From NCBI GenBank assembly GCA_043228905.1, contig JBHGNT010000021.1:7874001-7938000 (forward strand): a DNA stretch of 64,000 nt. The letters run 5' to 3'. Shown here piece after piece: positions 1-9,711 of this stretch (the stretch's first letter is position 1; every line of letters starts with the position of its first letter). The position numbers and the translations under genes are program-made. This DNA comes from Azolla caroliniana. Taxonomy: Eukaryota; Plantae; Polypodiophyta. The notes beneath the pieces were generated by a model, which saw nothing but the letters and a program-made list of their open reading frames with translations, was not told the DNA's origin and made no database searches.

Positions 1-57
1 CGTATAGAAGGGAGAACTTATCATTTAATTGTGTTACTATATTACATTAACTTAGCT

Positions 58-2151
58 ATGCAATTTGCATTTTCGGGTGAAAGAACACAAGATGCTGGTG
101 CCTTTTTGGCATGCTTTGAGCATCATGCCATATCTATTGGACGCATCACCGACAACGAAAAGTTGCCCTTGTTGGTAGCTACATTCTATGGTCGTGCTCG
201 AGATTGGTATGACTCTCTTCCGCAAAATGAACAAGGAGAATATCAATTATTGGTGCATCAATTTCGTACAAGATATATTCAATGGAAAAGTGCAACTGAG
301 GTAAGGGAGGAGCTTTTTCAACTAAAGATGGAATCACCTTTTGGTTTTTTAGAGTATGAACGAAATTTCCAAGAATTGTGGACGACGTGGATTCGTCTTC
401 GTGGTGGCACCGAAGACGAGTGGTTTAAGATAGAACAATTTAAGGTGGGCCTTGATATGCATTTCCGTTTGGAGGCAAGCTTGAAGGATCCAACGACTTT
501 TCAAGCTCTTCTCCAAGTTTGTCAAGATTATGATCGACAAGTGAAGATGATGAGTTCCATGGGGGATCCCCAAATGACGGCTTTGGGTGCAAATTTGATG
601 CCTCGTGCCAACTTTCAAGCCTTATCTTCAATTGTGCATGGTGGACAAGTGTTTCCAAATGTGTATACCACCACAACAATAAACCCAACAAGTATATCTC
701 AAGAAGTGGAACAAGTGAAGAGTGAACAAGATACAAGGGCGTTGGTGAATCGGCGCTTTGATGAAGTGATGGCCCACTTGCAACAATCCCAAGCAATTCG
801 CAACACTATTCCCGATGGTGGTGGCTCTAGAGGGCATCAAGGTGTAATTTGTTATTCTTGTCAAGAGGAGGGACACTCAACAAGATGTCCTCATCGACAA
901 CAAAGAGGTATGGAAAGAGACATGTATCAAGTGCAAAGGAATGGACAACGACCTAACAACAATGAAGTCGAAGGAAACGTAACACTCCCTATGGCTCAGG
1001 TTCCTACAATCCCTCATAATGTGAATCTTCTTAATTTTATTGATGATAGTGATAATTCTTTTGAAGTAGCTCCTGTGAAAAGGACAAGGTCCTCGCAAAA
1101 GGAGAAAGAAGTTGAAGGAGAATCTAGTGACTCAAGACAAAAGAAGAAGTCTAAGGAGAATGAGAAAGAGGACAAATTGAGAAGGAGACACTCTAGAAGG
1201 AAGATAAAGATGGAGGATATTCCTATGGGAGAAGGTGTAGAATCTTTCAATCGGAAGCATGAATTGATTTCAAGTGGACCAAGGATAACATGGCCGCAAC
1301 TTCTCCAATTATCTCCCACATTACGAAAGGAGTGGGGGCGACTTGAATGTATTCGCCAAAGTCGGAAGACTGTGCATTATGTGGGAATCGTGCGAGTAGA
1401 AGATCGAAAGGACATACGACCCACCATCCCCGTCTCCATCAAAGGGTTTCACATCAAAGATGCGTTGGTTGATAGTGGTGCTAGAGTAAGCTTGATTTCT
1501 GAATTTGTGGTAAACAAAGTGGGAATTCCTATTAGTAGGTCATCTTCAACAAGGGTGGTTGTAGTAGATAGTGGAGTGGTGCATTGCACAAGCATAGTGG
1601 AGGATGTGTTCATCAAGTGTTTTGGAATAAGAGGAGAAGCTTGCAACAAATACCACATCAACTTGAAGGAAAGTGTATCAATTTCCCCAAAGCTTCGGCA
1701 ATGGAGTGTTGAACAAAAGGAAGAATTTATGCAAGAGTTCAACGCATGGTTACAAGAAAGTTCCAATTATAAGATGGAAGATTTGAGGTGTGTGTCACCT
1801 ATAGTTTTGGTTCCAAAGAAGAGTGAGATCAATTTCAAACCCTTGAATGATTCGACCAAACGAGATGAATTTTCACTTCCTTCTCGAGATGAGATTGTCG
1901 ATAAAATGGTTGTTTATACAAAACAAGGTAGTGTGGACAATATGTTGTGCCAAAAAGGATTTCATGTGGATGATTCAAAGATTAACATAATTACAAAGAT
2001 GACAATTCCGACAAGTCTTGAAGCTTTGAAAGTATTTGTGCAAAAGGTGCGCTCGCTCGAAAGATTCATTTATATGTTGACATGCTTACTGCTATCAAGA
2101 GTGATGTATCCCATGGCCCTACTAGTCTTTGGAGAGTTAACGAAGACATAA
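58..2151 (+). CDS. gag: Gag (retrotransposon gag domain, CCHC-like knuckle) - aspartic protease - internally deleted RT; no RNase H or integrase
   Basis: Stop-free ORF 31-2151 with first ATG at 58; motifs GRARDWYDSL, CYSCQEEGHSTRC, ALVDSGA, VSPIVLVPKK..LNDSTKRDEFSLP; no YxDD motif. Confidence 0.8.
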   Translation: MQFAFSGERTQDAGAFLACFEHHAISIGRITDNEKLPLLVATFYGRARDWYDSLPQNEQGEYQLLVHQFRTRYIQWKSATEVREELFQLKMESPFGFLEYERNFQELWTTWIRLRGGTEDEWFKIEQFKVGLDMHFRLEASLKDPTTFQALLQVCQDYDRQVKMMSSMGDPQMTALGANLMPRANFQALSSIVHGGQVFPNVYTTTTINPTSISQEVEQVKSEQDTRALVNRRFDEVMAHLQQSQAIRNTIPDGGGSRGHQGVICYSCQEEGHSTRCPHRQQRGMERDMYQVQRNGQRPNNNEVEGNVTLPMAQVPTIPHNVNLLNFIDDSDNSFEVAPVKRTRSSQKEKEVEGESSDSRQKKKSKENEKEDKLRRRHSRRKIKMEDIPMGEGVESFNRKHELISSGPRITWPQLLQLSPTLRKEWGRLECIRQSRKTVHYVGIVRVEDRKDIRPTIPVSIKGFHIKDALVDSGARVSLISEFVVNKVGIPISRSSSTRVVVVDSGVVHCTSIVEDVFIKCFGIRGEACNKYHINLKESVSISPKLRQWSVEQKEEFMQEFNAWLQESSNYKMEDLRCVSPIVLVPKKSEINFKPLNDSTKRDEFSLPSRDEIVDKMVVYTKQGSVDNMLCQKGFHVDDSKINIITKMTIPTSLEALKVFVQKVRSLERFIYMLTCLLLSRVMYPMALLVFGELTKT

Positions 2152-2388
2152 TGATTGTGGTAACCTCTTTCTTTGTGTTGACAAGGAGAAAGATGATGAT
2201 GGAATTGTCAATGTGTGTGTGGGTGTGTCTAGGAGTGTGAGGTTTTTCCTACCGACTAGCGGGGGTTTTACTCACATAGTTTGTTTCTTTTTCTTCTCTC
2301 CTTCTTTGTCTATAGCCTACCATAAGGCGAAGGAGTTTTTTTTATTCTTTTTATCTTCGGCTCACCATAAATGGTTCGCTCAATAAGC

Positions 2389-2405
2389 AAAGGGGGGGGG
2401 GGGGA
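2389..2405 (+). promoter_or_regulatory. Polypurine tract of G1
   Basis: aaaggggggggggggga just before the putative LTR. Confidence 0.7.
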
Positions 2406-2413
2406 GCTAAATG

Positions 2414-3134
2414 TGAAAGTGTTTTTTGAATTCAAACCATTGAACACTAGATGGATATAAAGTATGGATAATTCACATTTGGAGGATAAGAACACGAACT
2501 AAGAGCTTAGGGAAGGAGTCAAAAGTAAAAGTACAAGACCAAGAGAAAAGTAAAAAGAGAAAAACGCAGACTATAAAAAACAGTAAAAATAGAATGGTCA
2601 TAACTCCCTCGTTGTTTATCCAAATATCACGTTTAAATATGGATTAGAAAGCTTGTAAAAAGAGCTTTCTATAGCTTTTTAAATCGCTTAATTTGGATTT
2701 CGGATGAGGGAGATATGACGATTAGAAGGTTGATGTGTCATAGCTAAAAATAGGGAGATAAAAAGCTTCTAAAAATAGCATGAACGTGGATAAGAAGAGG
2801 AAGGTTATAAAAGAAGAAGTAATATGAGTGAGAAGGGGGCGAAGGGAAAAGGAAAAGAGTGGATGAGGAGTGTTAGGAAGAAGTGTCTTAGAAGAGGAAG
2901 GTATTTGGTTTTAATGTGGAGTTTGTCTCCTTTGTATTCTCTTGATGTTGGAATATCAGAACATTCTTATTTCTTGCTTGCTTTCTCTATCTTTTTTCTT
3001 AGTTTCTTGAGTTATACTCTCTAATCATAATTACCTAGAGCTATATAATATATTATGATTTTCAACTCCATCTAATCGGTTTGGTCAAGCCCTCATATAG
3101 TGTATAACTATCTATTATCTTATACACCCTATCA
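2414..3134 (+). repeat. Putative 3' LTR of G1
   Basis: Begins tgaaagtgt after the PPT, ends acaccctatca (imperfect terminal inverted repeat); partner LTR not in window. Confidence 0.6.
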
Positions 3135-3486
3135 GTATAGATATGACTTAGGGCAATCACTTTGTATGGTTGTTGTTATTATTGTCATATTGTGATATAG
3201 AGAGAGCGACAGAGGGAGACAGAGATACAGAGCGAGCGATACTTTGTTGTAACCGCCGCCTGGCGAAGAAACCGAGCTCGAGGTCGTTGCCTACGAGGCT
3301 CTGATTGTACCCCTTTCTTCATAGTGATAGTTCGGAGTCTTTGGGCTCCCGTGGTTTTTCCCATTTAGGGTTTTCCACGTAAACATCTTGTGTTCACCCT
3401 TTAGTTCCCATCTCTATGTTCTCCATTCTCATAGAAGTGTTCAAGACTCAGTTGTGGCCGAGCAATATTCTGCATTTTTCTCATCA
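3135..3486 (+). repeat. 5' LTR of Copia A (3' portion only)
   Basis: Matches about 18626-18976; ends catca before the PBS. Confidence 0.9.
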
Positions 3487-3489
3487 ATC

Positions 3490-3501
3490 TGGTATTAGAG
3501 C
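3490..3501 (+). promoter_or_regulatory. Primer binding site (tRNA-iMet) of Copia A
   Basis: tggtattagagc, one mismatch from canonical TGGTATCAGAGC. Confidence 0.85.
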
Positions 3502-3515
3502 AAACAACACAGGAA

Positions 3516-5760
3516 ATGGAAGAATCGTTCATCGGCATGTTCAAGCTCACCAGCTCCAACTACTCAGTGTGGAAGTCGAAGATGAGGGATATGTTGGTGG
3601 TTAAAGATCTTTGGTTGTTGGTTCAGTTCGGGGACAAGAGACCGGATAAGATCGACGCCACAGTGTGGGAGGTGATGCACATGAAGACGACGGTCTACAT
3701 CCGGTGCTTCATCGACATGAGCATGTACAACAACTTCAATGAAGAGAGCAAGGCTCATGAACTCTGGGAGAAGATCGGCATCATGTTCCAAAACAAGAAT
3801 GTCGTTAATCGGGTGTTGGTATTCCGGAAGCTAGTGTGGCTTCGGTACCAAGACGGCTCCAGTATGGCGGAGCATATAAATTCCTTCCAAGGACTGATAC
3901 ATCAAGCAACCTCATTGGAAGTACCTCTCGCCGATGAGGTACTACCATTGCTCCTGCTCGGTTCCCTCTCGGATAGCTGGGACACATTGGTTGTCACGTT
4001 GGGCAACGCCAGGACGGAAGGAAAACAGTTGTCCCTAGCAAGGGTAAAATGAAGCTTGCTAGATGAAGAAGCTTGCTGGAAGGACCGGGAGTCTGGAACC
4101 AATCCGAAGGCCTTGATCACGAAAGATGACCACAACCGGGGAAGAGGCCAGTATTGGAGTCCCCAAAACCGGGACAAATCGGGGACGAGGTCGAAGTCAA
4201 GGGGGAGGCCCGCGGGCTTCTATTGCGGGAAGTTGGGACTCTTCCAATAGAACTATCGGCATTTCCGGAAGGAGAAAGAAACCGGCACTACCGATTTGAA
4301 GAAGAGTTCGGACCAAAACAGTTCGAACCGAAGAGGCCCGGATCGGAAAGGAACGTCGGCAATCGTGACAAGTGAAGAAGAACTGATGCTCATTACCGAA
4401 GAGAATGAGTTAAACCTTGTCGGCGACGAAACAACGTGGGTTGTCGATTCCGAAGCATCATTCCACTTGACACCGGACCGGAAATGCTTCTCATCCTACA
4501 CAACCGATAATCATGGTTGTGTCTGTATGGGGAATGAAGGTACATGCCAAATTGTCGGCATAGGAGATGTGTTGTTGACGACATCAACCAGATGCAAATT
4601 GTTGTTGAAGGATGTCTGACACGTTCCGGAGGTTCGACTAAACCTGATATCAGTCGTTCGGCTAGATGATGAAGGCTACACGGGTAGCATCCAGAATGGT
4701 GTTATGAAATTCAGCAAGGGAAAGTTGATAGTGGCTCAACCCCGGAAGATCAACACACTATACTTGATGAATGCCCGGATATGCCGGGAAGAAGTGAATG
4801 TAGCATCCAACACTGCCAGTGAGTTGTGGCACAAAAGACTGTGTCACATGAGTAGGAAGGGGATGAAGAGGCTTACCGAAGACAACCTCATTCCTGTGAA
4901 GGACGTGCAACTTGAGAAGTGCACCGATGACTTGGCCGGCAAGCAAAACCAAACCTCCTTTTGGTCAAGACCACCGATCACACGGAATGCACCACTGGAG
5001 CTAGTGCATACCGATGTGTGTCAAGTGGAAAAGAAGTCACATGCCGGATCGCAGTACTTCGTGACGTTCATAGATGACCACATCCGGAAGCTGTGGATCT
5101 CACCATTGAAGACAAAGGATCAGGTGCTATCTGTCTTCAAGGAGCTCCACGCGAGAGTGGAAAGAGAAACCAAATAGAAGTTGAAGGCGGTTCGAGTAGA
5201 TAACAGAGGAGAATACCAGGGGCAATTCGAGGAGTACTGCCGGTGAAGGGAATCCGGCTCGAGTTTACTATGCCGAAGACCCCGAAACTAAACGGGTTGG
5301 CCGAAAGGATGAACTGGACCATAATGGAGAGAGTTCGGAGCATGCTAGCACATGCAAAGTTACCCAAGACGTTTTGGGCTGAGGCGCTAACGACGGCAAC
5401 CTATGTGATAAATAGATCACCCTCAGCACCCTTGGAAGGAGACTCACCTCAGAAACTATGGACCGGTAAAGATGTATCTTACCGGCATCTGAAGGTGTTC
5501 GGGTGTCTCCCATATGTGCATGTTGCAAAGAACAAGAGAGCAAAGTTGGATCCAAAATTCAGGACATGCATATTCCTTGGCTACGGCGATGATGAGTTCG
5601 GTTACCGGGTGTGGGATCTGGTCGACAAGAAGGTATTCCGGAGTCGGGACATAGTCTTCATGGAAGATAGGACCATTGCCGACTGGGAGTCGGAGAAGGT
5701 GATGAACTCTGGATCATTCATTGAAAACCGGCTTGAGGACACAAGGACTTACCCGGTTGA
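3516..5760 (+). pseudogene. gag-pol: Copia A gag-protease-integrase, with several stops and frameshifts
   Basis: NYSVWKSKM, LLLLGSL, WVVDS, LWHKRLCH, LVHTDVC, NGLAERMN, CIFLGY motifs across ORF fragments. Confidence 0.9.
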
Positions 5761-6358
5761 AACTATGCTCGGCCGCAACCAAGACGTCGGATCAATCATA
5801 GAAAAACAGGGATGTTGAGAGATGTATCTACGCACAAACAATAAAGAAGAGAGTGCACAGGATGTTAACGTGGAAAACCCAAATATGGGAAAAAACCACG
5901 GCAGCCCTCAGACTGCAAAATATCACTATATCAGGATTACAACAATGGGGCACAGAGGCAACGACCTCTTGCTCCCTCGCTTCACCACCAGGCGGTTACA
6001 ACAGAGGCAACAACCTCTGTATATCGCTCTCTCTACCTCTCTAACACACTGTACAAAAGTTACACACACAAAAAATAACTCTATCATCATCATCATAAGT
6101 TTGCCCTAGGTCATATTTATACTAATATGACTTTCGGGCTAATTACAAATATAGCCCCAGTGGGCTCTCTGGAACATATTTACATATATGTCCCTTCCAT
6201 CCGATGAGAGGTTCTCACTGGGTCTGCAAAATCCGGTTCTCACCGGGTCTTCCGTTGCAGGGTACTCCACATCCGGTTCTCACCGGGTCTTCCGTTGCCG
6301 AGTTGCTCATCAACACTGTTCTTCTCACTTCCCATCCGGAGGGACCTGTTTCCTAACA
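5761..6358 (-). repeat. 3' LTR of Copia B (outer ~20 bp deleted)
   Basis: Near-identical to 15914-16511; PPT adjacent. Confidence 0.92.
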
Positions 6359-6368
6359 AACTCCCCCT

Positions 6369-8047
6369 TCACTTCGGCATGGGATGTCTTACTAGTCTGA
6401 TTCGCTTCCAACATGCATCCAGCTTGTCGGGTATTAGTACTTTGGTCAGCATATCTGACCCGTTCTCGGCCGTGTGGATCTTCGTCAGCGCGAACTCTCG
6501 ATCTTCTACTCACTCCCGGATCCAATGATACCTACACTGGATGTGCTTCGTCCTGGAATGGTACGCTGCATTCTTAGCAAGGTGGATGGCACTTTGACTA
6601 TCGCAATAGAGCTGGTATTCATCTTGTCAGATACCGAGCTCTCCGATGAAGTCCTTCATCCATAATATTTCCTTGCCGGCTTCCACAGCCGCCATGTACT
6701 CCGCCTCCATGGTTGACAACGCAACCGTCTTCTACAGCCTCAACTGCCACGAAACAACTCCCCCTACATATGTCATTAAATACCCGGATGTGGACCGGCT
6801 AGTATCCACATCAGTTGAGGTTTACCAGAGCCGAATCGGAGACACATATTCGAAGTGCCCTTCAGGTACCAGAGTATCCATTTGACCGCGTTCCGGTGCT
6901 CCTTGCCGGGATTGCTCATAAACCGGCTCACCACTCCGACTGCGTATCCAATATCCGGTCGAGTACACACCATTGCGTACATTAAGCTCCCGATGGCAGA
7001 GGCGTATGGAACCTTCATCATCTCCGCCTTCTCTGCATTTGTCTTCGGGCTTTGCTTACCGGATAATCTGCAGTTTATCGGGAGTGTCGATCCGACCGCT
7101 TTCACTTCTAGCATGTTGAACCATTGAAGCACCTTAGTCACATATTTCTCCTGTGACAACCATAGTTGCTTCTTTGATCGGTCCCGGATGATGTACATCC
7201 CCAGCATCCGTCTTGTGGTACCCTTGATTGGTCATGAAGGAGTCGAACTTCTGATACCATTGTCAGGGAGCCTGCTTCAGTCCGTATAGGCTCTTCTTCA
7301 ACCGGCAAATCAGGTGCTCCTTCCCTTTCTCCACGAATCCTTCCGGTTGCTGCATGTAGATCTCCTCTTCGAGGTCACCGTGAAGAAATTTCGTCTTCAC
7401 GTCCAGTTGCTCTACCTCAAGGTCCATGCTTGCTGCTATACTCAGCACCGTCCGGATGGAGGTCATCTTTTACTACCGGGGCAAATATCTCGTCGAAGTC
7501 CACACTTCTGCTGGAACCCCTTCACCACAATCCTGGCTTTGTATCTCGGGGGGTTGCCGGCATCTCCCGGTTTCAACTCGTACACCCACTTGTTTCAGAG
7601 TGCCCGCTTTCCTTTCGGCAACTCCACCAATTCGTACGTATGGTTCTCATGCAGGGAATTCATCTCATCCTGCATGGCACTTTTAACCATTTGCGACTAC
7701 GGGTGTCACTTTTACCTTCCTCGAAGCTTTCTAGCTCCCCCTCATCGGTTAGCAGCACATGTTCTGCATCTGGAAATCTCTGGGGAGCCCTTCTCTCTCT
7801 GAGAGGATATCTCCGTCTTTGGCTTTCGGCAACTGGCTCCTCTATTTGTTCTTCATCTGAATCCGATTCGAGGTCTTGGCCAGTTCCGGTTTCACCTATT
7901 CCTTCTTCTTCGGCCTGTCTTGACTCCTTACCGGCACCGGCCGGTTCATCGAGTGCTAACCGGTCTCTTGTCGGTTGGGTCTGCTCATCGTAGAATCGAT
8001 CCTTACCGGTCGACTCGGAGTTCATTATCTTCTTCTCCGACTCCCAG
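6369..8047 (-). pseudogene. pol: Copia B RT-RNase H with internal deletions
   Basis: [28 protein letters not shown] motifs. Confidence 0.9.
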
Positions 8048-8485
8048 TGTCATGATATGGCAAGACTCGAACCCATGACCTTAGGTTATATGGGTCGAGC
8101 TCTTGACCATTAGATCATCTATTGTAATACGTAGGATATTATTTTCATTTACATTTTATTATAGGAAATTAGTGTATATTCCAAATTTCTCTGGAACATT
8201 CTAGAAGCTTCAGGATTACTCCTGAAAACACTATAAAAGAGGGCACTAAGCATTATGTTGAACCAAATTGGTTCAACGCCAGTCTTAAGCCTTTTAGCCA
8301 CCATTGTATATTCTCTTCATATAATATATATCTTTCTTATCATCACTCTCTCTCTCTCTCTCGATCTCTCTCTTTCTCTCCGTCTCGCTCACTTCTTCCT
8401 TCTCTCGAAGAAGTTCTACACCTCTCATAGTTCTAATCCTTCGTTTAGTACTAATTCCTTCTCTGTCTCAATACTGTTCCTAACA
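8048..8485 (+). repeat. 5' LTR of chromovirus
   Basis: TG...CA ends, TATAAAA at 8232, direct repeat of 13288-13729. Confidence 0.97.
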
Positions 8486-8487
8486 GT

Positions 8488-8499
8488 TTGAACCAATTT
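8488..8499 (+). promoter_or_regulatory. Self-priming-type PBS, complementary to LTR 8265-8276
   Basis: ttgaaccaattt is the reverse complement of aaattggttcaa; no TGG-type tRNA PBS present. Confidence 0.7.
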
Positions 8500-8559
8500 T
8501 CCCTACCTTCTGTCTCTCTCATTTCCTACTAATCTTTTATTCCTCTTTTCTTTCATCCC

Positions 8560-9711
8560 ATGGACACTGTTAGCGCTAAATAATATCAATCTATTTTCTC
8601 GGAATTTCAATGCTTGAAGGAGAGGTTCCATGCTTTGGAACAAGAAAACCAACGGTTGCTGGGGGATCTTCAGCAAATCTCCTTAGAAAAGCAGCAAACG
8701 CAACAACAGCATGGGGAACTTGCGTTACGCGTGCAACAACTCGAAGCAACCATCGTAGCGATGCAACAACAAGGGCCCGGAACACAAGGGATTCATAAAG
8801 AACCCAAGATTGGCCTTCCCACGAAGTTCGATGGAACGCAATCGCAGTTTAGAGGGTTCCTTAACCAGGTACGACTAGTTATTCAAATGCATCCTTCCCG
8901 ATATCCCACCGATGCATCACGAGTGGGTTTAGTAGGCACTTTGTTAAGTGGCTCAGCGTTGTCATGGTTCGCACCACTATTAGAAAAGGAATCTCCGTTA
9001 CTCAACAATTTTGAAGAGTTTCTAGGTGAGTTTAAAGCATGTTTCGGAGATACTCACAGCATCAGGACTGCAATCAACAAAATCCGGCGATTACGCCAAG
9101 GTGACCGTCCAGCTTCCGCATACGCTGCAGATTTTCGCCTACTCGCCGCCAATATCCCTTGGGATGATCAAGCGTTGATGGAGCAATTCCGTTATGGTTT
9201 ACGCAACGACGTCAAGGATTTACTCTTGACCTTCCCCGAAGAGCCAAAGTCCTTAACAGAAGCAATCAGTCACGTGGTGAGATGTGACAACCGCCTCTTT
9301 GAGCGACGTTCGGAACGACAGCTATAGATGCCGAGGACAAGATCAGAGCCCACCTATGCCTCAGTGGTAGCAAGACCTTTTCCGAGGGAGTCATATAATG
9401 CGCCTCCAGCGAATACTCCGACTCCGATGGAGATTGACACTACACGTCGTCGAGGGCCATTATCCAAAGAAGAAAAGCAGTGACGCCGTACAAATCGACT
9501 ATGTCTTTACTGCGGTGGACCAGGACATATCGCAATAAATTGCCCCCATAGGCCAAGAAGACAGGTAAACCAAATAGTCGCTAGTTCTAATTGTACTAAA
9601 CCCGAGCCTATTTCAGTAGGGATATCTGATAGTCCTAATAGTACTAATATCCCAGATCTAGCAAACAAATTTGATGTCCTTAGTCAGTTAGAAGAAGAGT
9701 TAAACGACTAA
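8560..9711 (+). pseudogene. gag: Chromovirus gag with 3 premature stops
   Basis: PTKFDG, LLSGSALSWF, LRQG, FRYGLR, PMEID, CLYCGGPGHIAINC; stops at 8581, 9325, 9481. Confidence 0.9.

Larger units (their letters stand above)
1..3134 (+). mobile_element. Non-autonomous Ty3/Gypsy LTR retrotransposon G1 (5' end outside window), inserted in the 5' LTR of Copia A
   Basis: gag-PR-partial RT ORF, G-rich PPT at 2389-2405, then a TG...CA block that abuts Copia LTR sequence resuming at 3135. Confidence 0.8.
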
